A stretch of DNA of 64,000 nt, taken from the NCBI RefSeq assembly GCF_009914755.1, contig NC_060935.1; one strand, written 5' to 3'. Below the pieces are notes generated by a model that saw only the letters and a list, made by a program, of their open reading frames with translations, had not been told where the DNA came from and did not search any database. The stretch's first letter is position 1, and each line of letters begins with the position of its first letter. Positions 43,481 to 56,719 of this stretch are shown piece after piece. The translations under genes and the position numbers were made by a program. This DNA comes from the human T2T-CHM13v2.0 reference genome, Homo sapiens.

Positions 43481-44345
43481 TCCTTTCCATTTCCTTTAAA
43501 GGACAACAGTTGTGTCATTTATAATTTTTAATAGTTAACCTACTACAAGGCAGTAAGAGAGCTAGTGAGTGAAAAATTTTCATAGATTGCAAAGTTAGTA
43601 TATTTCTTCTCTTGCTCAGATACTGTAAGAAAATCTTCAAATTCATTGTACATTATCAGTTCCCCAAGGAAGACGAGCAGGTTCTGCATTCCATCTCAAA
43701 ATGTTGTAAGGCATTTTTATCAGACAAAGGCATCCTTCTCACAAGCCTTCCACAACTTTCTTCCTCTTCTTTAAAACACATACAAACTGTACAACTTGAA
43801 CATTGTAACAGGTCTGCTTTCTGTTCCATTCAGTGACAGTAAGTACAAGAGCAGAATAGAAAACTCTGAAAAGTAAAATCAAATCCCTAGTGCTTTACAC
43901 ATCTTTCTAAGCCTCTGTGGAGGATTCTAAAGATTGACTCTTCTGTTACTCAAGCTGCTTCACCAACTGCCCTGTCAGAGCTCCAGACTTGGACCCTATT
44001 CGGGATCCTTATCCCTGAATGTCCCTTGTTATCAAGATAAGTCTTTATTTCTCTTTGTAAAGTGACAGCAGAGATCTGGGAAGATGAAGAATCTTTTCCC
44101 ATTGAGCTTCAAATAACTCACTTCTAAAGCAGTTCCATAATTTTCACTGTAGCCATGAGGCTGTGAAGTCTCATTATCACTGACCTTGGTCTTTCTCAGC
44201 TGCCATGACCCATGAAGGAAAAAAGGTCAGTGGCTGACATTCTTTCATTCAACCAACATTTACTGAGCACTTGCCTGGTGCCAGGTATGGCGCTGGGCTG
44301 CAGGAATATGTCAAAGTTTTATTCACTAAAGACATAATAAGATGA

Positions 44346-44649
44346 GGACGGATGCTGTGGCTCACACCTGTAATCCCAGCACTTTGAGAGGCCGAGGCGG
44401 GTGGATCACCAGGTCAGGAGTTCGAGACCAGCCTAGCCAACATGGTGAAACCCCGTCTCTACTAAAAATACAAAAATTAGCTGGTCGTGGTGGCGGGTGC
44501 CTGTAATCCCAGCTATTCAGGAGGCTGAGGCAGGGAATTGCTTGAACCCAGGAGGCGGAGGTTGCAGTGAGCAGAGATTGCGCCAGTGCATTCCAGCCTG
44601 GGTGACAGAGCAAGACTCTGTCTCAAAAAAAAAAATGATAACAATAATA
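44346..44649 (+). mobile_element. AluS (Sg/Sx-like)
   Basis: Full dimer; TSD ATAATAAGATGA (44334-44345 / 44650-44661). Confidence 0.94.
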
Positions 44650-44785
44650 ATAATAAGATGAATATAATCTGGCCTTATTCATTTCAATAGCTTTATTCCC
44701 TTCTTTTTGGAAAGTGGGGTCAGTAAAGAATAGTGAAAATATATTTAGAAAACTTTATATTTTATTAGGCATCTTTACAACTTAG

Positions 44786-45136
<351 letters not shown>

Positions 45137-47229
45137 TAATATATAATCCAGAGCAGCTTTATAATGTGGCTCCAGTCTTCATGTGTAGGGATATCCTGAG
45201 CTAAAGTTCAGCATGAGGCAATTTCTGTCGTTAGTGAAAGGATGTGTCTACAGTTTATTGCATTTAGCTTACCCTAGAAGCTTAAACTACCCACTTGAGG
45301 TGTGAATGAACCTTGTATTTAATGATTAGTGGAGATTGTTTGCAACTGATCTTGCAAATTACACTCTTCACATCTCAAAGGGACTTTATTTTGCAAGGGT
45401 ATTCAATGACTCCTGTTAGATCTGTTCTAAATACACATAAACACAAACAAGATGCTCCACAGTTTATAACCATCTTTCCCCTTTACATAGTACTGAAACA
45501 GTAGTGAGTACAGTATGGTAACTGAGGGAAATTCACCAGACTAGTTGTGATAAGGGAGGATCAAGCTTAAGTTTCTTTCGCAGCTCTGCTGAATCTGTCA
45601 GCTATTCAACTTGGGAGATTCAGAAGAGTTGTAGAAAAACTTAAGCTTGGCTTGAAATGTCAGCATTTAAGGCATCAGATGGAAGGAGTTAGGGCATCTG
45701 GAGTTTGGCCAACCTATAGAGGTTGGAGATACTAAAGTAATACCTGGAAAGCCAAGCACAGGGCCTGGACTCCAGGAAAGGGGTTAGCAGACTTACTATG
45801 TGCCAGGTCCACAGCAGACCAGAGTCTGAGGACCAGGGTCCTCTCTCTGTGGAGACTGGAGGGAGAACCAAGGGCCCAGACAGCAGCCAGTCTAGCCCCA
45901 CAATCACACCTGATAGTGGACAGATCTCTGTCATGTCCTGGGGCTCCTGAAAGTGCCCAGTTTTGCTTATAAACATGCAAAGGGAGCATCTGGTGTGCGA
46001 TCTGCAGGCTGTGTCTAGACGCTGTGTTTTAGTAGGAGAAAATCACCTACTTTCTACCAGGCCAGATTATCAGTGATCCAGGCATAAGTCAGGGCAGAAG
46101 CAACAGAGTACATGCTGTTTCTGGGGCAGGCTGAAGCCAGCATAGATTAGCATTTTATAGATGTGATGAGAGAGGCTCAGAAAGGCTGTGGAGCTTTCCG
46201 AGTTCATGGAACAAGGAAGAGGTCCAACCACTATTTGAAGCTTACTACCTCACTTGTAATGCAAATTTGCCTATTATTTGTGCGTACCTGTGTTCGTGTA
46301 TTATGTGAATATACCTACTTCAGCACACAACATACATTCTTTAAATGATTCAGTGAATGAATATATGATATAAGGTAGAATTTATCCTGTTTGAATATAA
46401 AGATATTTATTCATTCGTTCAATAAAGACAGGAAAGGTACCTGCTAAATGGAACTTACATTCATAAGAGGGGAAGAATTAATACTCAAGATTTTAAATAG
46501 TTGAACAGGACTGTTTCAAATAATATGAGCGTTGTGAAGACATAAGATAGAATACTGAGATAAGAATTTTGCCTTTATCTTTATACAAAGGCAACAATGA
46601 CTAAATGCAGGTTAATGAAGCATGAAGGGAACTAATTCTGCCTTCTCCATGAAACAGCGTACCTACCATTTATTCTCCTTCCCCTAATCACATTTTCTGG
46701 TTTGGTGGCCACATCATGTACACTTTCTGTTATTTTCCTAAAATACATCAATAACGTTTAATTTGAGAGAATCCGAACCAAACGTGGGGGAAGAGCAGCA
46801 GGGTGAGCTTTGGGGTCTGGGCTGAACCTTTCTCTTCAGAGAACCAGGTTATCCAGTGGCTGACCTACGAATTGTGCATAGTCAGTACTCAGTAAAAATT
46901 CCTTTTCTCAGCATCAGGAGAACAAGGAAAAACAGAAAATTCACCTCTTGGATATTCCCATAGCTCTTGACTGACCTTGCACCAAGCACAGACTAGGTTT
47001 TGAAATACATCAGAAGTTTAAATTCAGTTATCTTTATCAACTCCTTGCCCACATCAGCTTAAGCTCAATATGTCCCAGGAATAACTTGAAGGTTGTTATG
47101 TATAAAGTTAAAAGGAATATTGAAAGCAGAAATATGATTTATAGAAAAGGGAATCTTTTCTACAATATTCTACTTTCTTTTCTTATTAATGAAAGAACAG
47201 AGAAATTCAACCTTTAATTCTAACTGGAG

Positions 47230-47400
47230 CATCCACATTGATGAGCTACTAATCTCACGTGCCTCAGGCTTCCTGTTTGTAAATAAAGAGATGGCCTGAT
47301 TGTTTTCAGGCTTTAAAGTAATTTCATGTTCATGTACATTCACATATATAAAATACATAACACAGTGCTTGGCACATAGTATACACTCAATAAATATTTT
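47230..47400 (+). mobile_element. MIR SINE fragment
   Basis: gtgcctcaggcttcctgtttgtaaa...cacagtgcttggcacatagtatacactcaataaat. Confidence 0.7.
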
Positions 47401-47984
47401 TTTTCTCCTCTGTAAGGAGTTCTGGCTTTAATTTCAAACAAGTCACAAACTGAAACCATAAAGATGAAAATAAAGAATATAAAATTTGAAAATGTGTAAA
47501 TTACTGAAAGCACAAGAACCATTAATTGTCAGTGATGGTTCTCATTAAACTAGCAGCATATGTTGCTATTATAAGGATGTTTCTCACGAGCTCCTGAGAG
47601 GTCTATTAAAAATAAAATCCTATTATTCCAGATGTTTCACATCCATGTAATACACCCACAATAATTAATTTCATATGGGCTAAATTCATAAATCTAGAAA
47701 ACTAGAAAGACATGTTATTCACCGTAGAAGGCATCTTGTATCCTATTTATAATCTGACTGAAATGCTAAAAAATGCCATTAATTACAAGGAAACCCACTA
47801 TCATTTTTCTTTATCCTAGAATGGACTTTGAATTTGAAAATACTCCATTACCATTATAAAGGCAGCATCTGAGCAAACAAAGAGAAGAAAGTTGCTGCCA
47901 CATCTGCTGCTGCAGCTAAGGCCACTCCTCCTGGTGGCCTTATGGCTTGAGATTGCTGCTGCCATCCCTCGGTGGCCTTAGCTG

Positions 47985-48200
47985 GGCCCTGCTTTGTGCC
48001 AGAACTGTGCTAGGTACTTCATGAGTATCATGACTTTTCTTCACAATATCCTCATTAGAGAGTCTTTCCTTGATAAAGGTAGAGGCTCAAAGAAGTGAAA
48101 TAACTGATCCAAGGTCACAACTCCTAAATGATAAAGCTAGGATTTGAACTCAGATCTCTAGCACCAACATCTGACCTCTTCCCATATTACTAAGCTGCCT
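47985..48200 (-). mobile_element. MIR SINE
   Basis: tgtgccagaactgtgctaggtacttc...gaggctcaaagaagtgaaataac...ccaaggtcac...ggatttgaactcag. Confidence 0.8.
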
Positions 48201-48505
48201 CTCTAAGATAATAATAAAAGCTTTCATTTATTGTGTGCCTGATCCAGCCTGCCAGATAGCCTGAGATAGAAAGAAGAAAAAACAAAAACAAACAAAACAC
48301 AAAGGGGACTCTCCAATATAGAGTCCGAAGGTCAACTACTGCAACTGCCACTCAATGTCAGAATACCCTTCACAGAGGCTTGACAAATAACTAAATGGTC
48401 ACCCAGAGTTCATTAAACCCTGTACCTCTTGAAGGCAGAGATTCAACTTCTTTTATATTCTAGCACCTGTTGTGCGTTCTGGTATGTAAAGTCAATGTTA
48501 ATTAA

Positions 48506-50814
48506 TTTATTTATTTTTTAAGATTCTGACTTTTTTTATTTTTTCCCCTTTTACACAAAACAAAGTAGAAGAAATAATAAAGGATTAAAACTGCAAAAGT
48601 AGTTAATTATGTAGAACATGTATACACAAAAAAATGTGTATACATGCAGTAGAACACGTATACACAAAAAAATCCAGATAGGAAGACAGGCTTATTTACA
48701 ATTAAAGTAAGGTAAAATTAAGGTAGCTTTCTTATGAAATATTTTTTTAAAAAATGAAACATATGCTACAATAGGCACCACTGTTTACAGCAATATTAAA
48801 GAGGCGAAAACAACACTCATTTAATAGTCACAGATATACCACAAGGTACAACATCGGTGCAATAAATTCACAAAACTATATTACAGCCTGTTAATCAGTT
48901 TAAGAACTGATTAACAAGTCAGTCACATTTTTGGCTCTCATTCCTACAGATTTCATTCCTACAGATTTCAACTACTCTAAATTTCTAGCTACTGAGAAGT
49001 TAAGAATGATTATGAGAAACTTTCCTAGGAGTTACAAAATCTTTGTAGACCAGAGGCCAACTATCATCACCTCAAGTCTGCTCTCACCAACAGCCCTTGT
49101 ATTTTTCAGGGAGAAATCTCTAGGAAAAAAGTCAGACTCCAGTGTAGTCACTATCTCCCATGCCAAACCCAGGGGACTAAAATGGCCAGTATTACCATAA
49201 AGCGAGAATTTTGAGGTTTACCTTAAAAGGCTTATTCTGGTCTCAAAAATTAGTCAGATAAGATTATCGTCTACTGAAATGAATTTTGCCTAAACACGGA
49301 AGACTGCTGTCCTTTACTGCTGGTCTTAAAGTCATAGACATGAGTCTTAACCTACTGTATACTATAGCTAAAATCAGTTGAAAATCTGAAATTAAAAGTA
49401 TGCTAGAAATCCTAAATGCAATCTTTTGGAAGTCTGCTATTAAAAAGTCTTTAAGGATTTACTAACTTCAAGTCTAAGTGCAAAGGGACTAAAGCTTAAG
49501 CCTGTCAGGCATTCCTTTTTATGGACAAAAAGATCAAAGTTTCCTACAAATTGCTAAGCTTTGCACAAGGGAGAAACCTACTCATACTAGTGCATGGAAT
49601 CAGTTTCATTTTATTCCATGGGGACTCTTCTCCCATGGGAAAGAAACAGAATAAGGAATGAATCTTAATTGGTCTCTTCATCAGAAGTGGTAAACTTGGT
49701 CTCTATATTCACAAAGTCAGACAGTTTTTTAAGCAGGCTATGGAAGCAGATAGTAGAACCAGCTTCCTGTAGCCACAGACCTTGTATCTAGCAAAAGCAA
49801 AGACAAACTTGAACAATTATCCAGAGTCACTTGAACTGCCCTTTAGTACAGTTCACCACTATAAAAAGGAAGTTGTCTAAAAGCCAAAATTCAATTAACC
49901 TGAGTAAGAAAAATCAAAACAAGTCATACACACTAATGAGTTGTCCATGAGGCCAACTGGTAAGAACACACTCAACTATACGCAACATGAAGACACTATG
50001 CACAAAGCATTACTTGGCGAGCCTGAATTTCTATTAACTAAGAGCAGAGTAAGGGAGAGCAAAGAGCTACTTCCATAACATTTTAGTATCCAGATAGTAC
50101 AGCAGAAACCATTCCCAGGGGCAATGGGTGCTCCATTAATCACACTGAATAAAGCAGATGAATTATTCATTTTTCTATTCTTTTTGTTTGAGAAGTTTGG
50201 TTAGCTCCCTTTTGGCCACTCCAATGTACTTCGAAATGATTCCATGTTGGTTTAGTCCAGGAAGCAATAGTAAGGAAGTCACTATCAGGCAGGTGAGAAG
50301 CAGGTTGTGGACTTGCTGTCCCACGTAAGCAACCTCAGCAAGGGAAACGATCATGGTCATGAAGCATATCTTAGGTTTTTCTTCCTTTAGTGTGAAGAGG
50401 CGTTTCCACCAACCCACAGCTCTGCATCGAGTTTTTACCAGATTGCTGCAAATTTCATGGAATCATTGTTGTTGTTCAGTGGTCTATTTATTGGAGCCAA
50501 AAATTCTAGGCACCAGAATGGGAACAAGGTAGTCAGCCAAATGGATCTAGATAGTAGATAATGAGAAACATCAAAGAAACCACACCATGGCAGGTGGAAA
50601 CCAGGTTGTTTCCCATCAGAGGACTTTATCAGCATCAGCATCACTTCTCCCCATCCTCACAGCTGTTTTTGCAGACTTGCAGTCTCTGTAGCCAGCAGGT
50701 TGGTGATGTGATTATCTCCCTCTGCCATCATTTCTAAGATGCCATCTCTGTGAGTGCAGGCCACCTTCCCAGTGAATCTTCCTACCGAGATCTGTACGGT
50801 GACCACAGCACCAG
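48506..50814 (-). pseudogene. ARL6IP1: Full-length processed pseudogene (retrocopy) of ARL6IP1, ADP-ribosylation factor-like 6 interacting protein 1; which numbered copy is unverified (possibly ARL6IP1P3)
   Basis: Intronless match to the recalled ARL6IP1 protein: MAEGDNHITNLLATETASLQKQL from ATG 50728, ...GWWKRLFTLKEEKPK...GQQVHNLLLT...LLLPGLNQHGII...KLLKQKE. CDS-homologous span is 50163-50728, with several premature stops, 1- and 4-nt deletions and an about 41-nt deletion near 50541. About 1.65 kb of 3' UTR, AATAAA at 48535-48540, decayed poly(A) at 48506-48519, and a 16-bp TSD AGTCAATGTT(A/C)AT(T/C)AA at 48490-48505 / 50815-50830. Confidence 0.96.
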
Positions 50815-51019
50815 AGTCAATGTTCATCAAATGACAACTTATCACATGGCTGAAGAACACATGAATTTGGGCTATAGAAGAATAGTCATTCCGCAGGTGA
50901 GATTTCAAGTTTATGAAGTTGAGGATTAAATGTGGGTAAATATAATATCTAGAAGAAATTATTTACTGCTTTCAAACTTAAGACTAGAACCCACTGAAAC
51001 AGCATTGTTATCACATAAA

Positions 51020-51484
51020 TGTAGCAGGATGAGCTGCAGACAAGAACCCCTCAGACATCGAGCTGTAGAAGGAAAAGGCTTTATTCAGCTGGGAGCATCG
51101 GCAGACTCAACGTCTCCAAAAACTGAGCACCCCGAGTGAGCAATTCCTGTCCCTTTTAAGGGCTTACAACTCTAAGGGGGTCCGTGTGAGAGAGCCGTGA
51201 TCGATTGAGCAAGCAGGGGGTACGTGACTGGGGGCTGCATGCACCGGTAATTAGAACGGAACAGAACAGGACAGGGATTTTCACAGTGATTTTCTATACA
51301 ATGTCTGTAATCTATAGATAACATAACCGATTAGGTCAGGGGTCAATCTTTAACTACCAGGCCCAGGGCACGGTGCTGGGCTATCTGCCTGTGGATTTCA
51401 TTTCTGCCTTTTAGTTTTTACTTCTTCTTTCTCTGGAGGCAGAAATTGGGCATAAGACAATATGAGGGGTGGTCTCCTCCCTTA
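51020..51484 (-). mobile_element. LTR2 (HERV-E/Harlequin, ERV1) solo LTR
   Basis: Minus strand reads taagggaggagaccacccctcatattgtcttatgcccaatttctgcctcc...ctgctaca, matching the recalled LTR2 consensus; 4-bp TSD TAAA (51016-51019 / 51485-51488); several CpGs retained. Confidence 0.9.
51080..51226 (-). promoter_or_regulatory. Putative LTR2 promoter signals: TATA-like CCCTTAAAAGG (51152-51162), LTR poly(A) signal AATAAA (51080-51085), HRE core TACGTG (51221-51226)
   Basis: Motifs read directly at positions expected for U3/R of an ERV1 LTR; activity not shown. Confidence 0.5.
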
Positions 51485-51499
51485 TAAATAATAGCTATG

Positions 51500-51720
51500 T
51501 TAATAATTAACATTTATTCAGCACTAGCTATGTGTCAATCACTATACCAAGAACTTTGAATTATAAACACAACTAATCCTCATAACAACTCTATGAGATA
51601 TATAATATTATCTCTGAACTCAGGGAATGTAAATAAAAAAGGTCATACAGCTAGTAAGATATAGAGCCAGGATTCAAACAAAGGCTGTCTGGCCCCAGAT
51701 CCTGCTGGCCACCACCATTC
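51500..51720 (-). mobile_element. MIR SINE
   Basis: aacatttattcagcac...taatcctcataacaactctatgag...ggtcatacagctagtaag...ccaggattcaaac. Confidence 0.8.
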
Positions 51721-52004
51721 TAAACACTCCTTGGGAACTCAAGCTAAGCTAATGGGATACCATGGAATTGTGAGTTTTTTTTATCTATTTATACTTTTCC
51801 CATTAAATATTTTTGCACCATAAGAAAATTAACTGGAAAGCTAAACTGTTTTTGTTTGTTTGTTTGTTTACCTGGCTGCAGAAATCAGGAAAAGTCAGGA
51901 TGAAAAAGACATGCTCTAACAAGCTGGAGGGGCTAGATGCCAAACTGCTAGAACATGTGACATGTGCTATCACCTTTCATCTTCTCTTGTACTATGGTTG
52001 GTGC

Positions 52005-52260
52005 CAGTGTGATGTAGTGGTTCAGAGCTTTGGCTTTCAAGTCAAATAGAGCCAAGTTCAAGTCCAGCTCTGATGCTTACTAGCCAAGTGATCTGGACAG
52101 GCCAAAGACCTTGAAATCCTTCACATATAAAATGTGCCTAGTTATAATATCTCTTTACATTAGGGGATACTAGAAAATTTAAACAAAATAATACATGCAA
52201 ACTTTTAGTACAATGCCTGGAATATATTGAAATGTGTATATAAATATTATTGTTATTAGC
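52005..52260 (+). mobile_element. MIR SINE, near full length
   Basis: gtagtggttcagagctttggctt...gttcaagtccagctctg...tgcctggaatat. Confidence 0.75.
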
Positions 52261-52305
52261 TCCTCTTTTACAGCTGTGAAATAAGAAGGTCTAAGGTATC
52301 AACTA

Positions 52306-52629
<324 letters not shown>

Positions 52630-53293
52630 TCACATAAATGAATGAATAAATAAATAAGAGAAAGCCACAGGCTCTCCTTTGTCTTGTTTCCAAGCAATAG
52701 CAGCAAAGAGGGAATTCCTATTCTTCTAGCAGTTTCAAAAAAACAGCCCATTTGTGATGTTACCAAGCATAAGCCCTCCCTCCCCCAGTGGTCCTATGTT
52801 CAGTGTTAGCGCTAACCATTTGTATGCTCCGGGTGGGGTTGCCCTCTGCTCCACCTCCAACCAGGATTAAAGAGTGTCACAAGTAGCAGAAATCTATTCC
52901 TCCAAACTTCATGTTATGTAACAGAAAGTCAACTGAATAAAATAAAGTAAGCAAATAATTAATGAGCCCATATTCTTCTTTCGGGTTGATAACATTTTGC
53001 CAAAACATGGCTTCTAGTAGCTATTATTATTAAGACTTTCACTTATACGACTTTACACATGTTGGTAAGGCTTTTCATGTGTATTACATGATGTCATTTT
53101 CACCATTATCCTGTTGGTTGAGTTGCTGGGATATCAGCATCTCTCTTTTGTGATGTGGAAACTGGGGCTTGAATCATTTGCATGAATTGATCCAAATCCC
53201 GTAATCACAAGGCCAGAGAAATAATTTTATCAAATCTTGTTTCTCGCTTAAAACTCTGCCACTGTGTCTTACTACTCTCAGAGTGAAATCTGA

Positions 53294-53675
<382 letters not shown>

Positions 53676-54981
53676 CTCTGTCTCTTACTCATTATGCCCC
53701 CACAACATGGGCTTTCCACTAAAGGAAGGTTCTCAGCTCTTTCCTGCATCAGGCCCTGCACATGGTCTAACGACACAGAGGCATCCAATCAGCAGAGCAC
53801 TGGGAAGAACACAACTGGGAGGTACATCTGCAGGTAGTGGGGCACAGGCTCCATGCCTATCGGGACACTTCTGCTCCAGAATTCTATGAGGCTTCTTTAG
53901 ATTCAAAACTTGGTGTTATTGGGTAATACTAAGCTGATCATCATCTAGGAAGTAACCACGGAACAATACAACTTGATGATGATTTTATTTGATAATTGTG
54001 GTGAAAATATTTAGGGAGGGCAACTAACATTATTCAGCACTTGCTACGTGATGTTTTCTTAATTTTATATAAGGATTATCATAGAGGAAAATAGATTTGA
54101 TGCAATAAAAATAACTCATTCAAGGATACACAGTTTTTAAGTGCAAGTTGGTATTGAAACCTAAGTTTATTTGGTTCTACTACACATGACATTTCCCCTC
54201 TGAAAAGATGACTTTATACTATGTTAAAAGAATTACTCAACTAAGGCTGTTTTAATTTCCTCACAAAAGAAAAGATTGGTTCAAGATACAGGAATGGTGT
54301 TAATTTTGAAAGGGGAGTCGGCAGGCTCTGTGTCTGGAGAACAAAGCTGAGAGGACTGGGAGCTAGAGGGGCCCTGACAGGAAATTATTTTAGAGAATAC
54401 ATTACTTATAAGATAAAATCATGGAAAAATGTTGTTTGAGTCAAGTTGCATAACTCTACTGGCTCTAACTTATTATGCATTAACAAGAGACATTTAATAA
54501 AAGCTTTACCTCTCTTTAATTCAACTGTTTCAATCATTGGAAACAAACAGCACAATTAAATTACATCTTAAAGACTTGTCATCCCAAGATAATTCATGAT
54601 GGATTTTCAAAGGTTTTATGCTAAGAGAATCTTCCCAAGAAATGTATATGGATAAAACGTTCTGAAAAACAATGTGGAATAATGTCTGGGCTTGAGAATC
54701 AAGAGATCTCTGTAAAGATGCACCTCATACATTTACTAAGTAATCATAGAACACTTCACAATCTAATTTTTATTGTACTAACTGGCAAGCTGGCAAATGG
54801 GTGAAACCTTAATATATATTTACAGGGCTACTGTTAAATATATTTAAATATTTTATATCAAAATGTTGAAATTTGGCATGCTTATGCATATTATAAAATG
54901 AATAAATGAATGAATGAGCCTATGAGTACTTTGAGATTATTTAAAATAATCTTACCAATGTATACCTAATGGTGGTGGGGG

Positions 54982-55275
54982 TTTTTTTGTTTTTTGTTGT
55001 TGTTGTTGTTTTTTGTTCTTTTTTTTTTTCTGGAGTGCAGTGGTATGATCTCAGCAACCTCTAGCTCCCGGGTTCAAGTGATTTTCCTGCCTCAGCCTCC
55101 CGAGTGGCTGGGACTACAGGCGTGCACCACCATGCCTGGCTAATTTTTGTATTTTTAGTAGAGGCAGTGTTTTGCCATGTTGGCCAGGCTGGTCTCAAAC
55201 TCCTGACCTCAGGTGATCCACCTGCCCGGGACTCCAAAAGTGCTGAGGTTACAGGCATGAGTCACTGCATCCGGC
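54982..55275 (-). mobile_element. AluSx-like with 3'-arm deletions and a (GTT)n tail
   Basis: Tail joins directly to ctggagtgcagtgg; ends gcatccggc. Confidence 0.9.
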
Positions 55276-56644
55276 AGTGTTTTTATTTCAGAGCTAATTA
55301 ATTTATTACTCACATTAATTCTAATTATACTTCAATTTGCTAGAGCATAGGATCACTATTGTTTAGTGCTAATGGTCTTTTAAAATTACTAGAAAACAAC
55401 AACATAATAATAAACTTATGCTCACAAAATCTATCACCTGTCCTTATTTAATCTCTTTTAGTTGACACTAGTATGGTTAAAATCACCAAAACTTTTATTT
55501 TATACTTTTATCAAACAAAATAAATTATCTTTTGCCTCATTTTTTTTTTCTTTTGGAACCAACTCAAGTTTCCATTATCTTCATGATGCCTTTGGAAATG
55601 TAAAAGCTTTATTTATATGCTAACTGATTTTTAAGATATCATAAAATTGTATTTCTCACTTTGCCCACATCAGATGAGATATTTTGCTTGATTGACTCAA
55701 TGATTTTTTTAATGGCTTTTTGAGTTAAAAAGCAGTCAAAGACTGAGCGTGATTTTCCCAGTCTGTGACTCAGGTTCCCAAGCTGAATCTGATGATACCC
55801 AGTAACAACAAAGTCTAATGCTGTAGAGTAAATATCTATAATGTGAGTGTGTTATGGGTTTGTTTGTGCATGGGATCACAAGTATCTATAATATGAGCCA
55901 ATATTTCCCATCTCTTGCACACAGAACAGAACATTGCTGGTCAATTGCCAATATTCCCCTAAACCTACTTTTCAACTTCTTGACACAAAGCTTGAATTAT
56001 AAATTTGTCATCAGTACCTTATGAAATAAAATGTATCTATATCTACTCACATAGGCTTATAGATATAATGCTTTATATTAGAGGAAAAGAGAAAGAATTA
56101 TAAGTGGATGATGCAACTTTTCTGGAACAACTGGATACCTAGATTGATAAGAGAATTAGCCAATGTTACTGACGTAAAAGCCCATCAGTATTTAACCAGA
56201 GAGCTTAATTTTGTATGAGGACCTGGTGGTAGTTTTAGAATGAATGCCTAGAACCCTTGCCTTCAAGGCAGCCCTTCTTAAACTACATCCACATGAATAC
56301 ACATACCTTGAATATATATTATGAAGAAAAATGGTGCTATGATTCTGGGGATTGTTCTACTGAAGACCTGTCTTTTGAAATCCTAATTGGCTCTGGGTAT
56401 TAATTAGTATATTCTATACAATAAAATACTTTCTCTTATCTTATTGTGTGGTATACTGGAAAAAAGTCTTAATACCCACATAAAGCTAATATTGGTTTTT
56501 GTTTGTTTGTTTGTTTGTTTTGTTTTGTTTGCTATATACCATTTCAGGGATGCCTTGAACTCCAGAATTACCTGAATGTAAGATTTTCATATCAAAAAGC
56601 TATGGCCAATTTTATATTCATCTCTTCATCAGGAGATCCTAAAT

Positions 56645-56719
56645 TAGGGGTCCCCAAGCCCCCCATTAGGAACCAGGCTGCCCAGCAGGATGTGAGTGGT
56701 AGGCAAGTGAGCATTACCA
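56645..56719 (+). mobile_element. 75-bp MER1B left-end fragment, apparently copied from the MER1B at 60158
   Basis: 69/75 identical to 60158-60232 and shares its internal deletion and non-consensus bases. Confidence 0.88.

Noticed and set aside
50175-50417. 80-aa ORF matching the ARL6IP1 C-terminus as a functional CDS
   Set aside because: It starts at GTG, and the upstream parental frame has several stops, frameshifts and a deletion; it is part of the pseudogene.
50795-50930. Sequence upstream of the ARL6IP1 start as a second fused mRNA (chimeric retrocopy)
   Set aside because: The 5' UTR-like sequence and the TSD at 50815-50830 close the insertion; what lies beyond is pre-existing flank.
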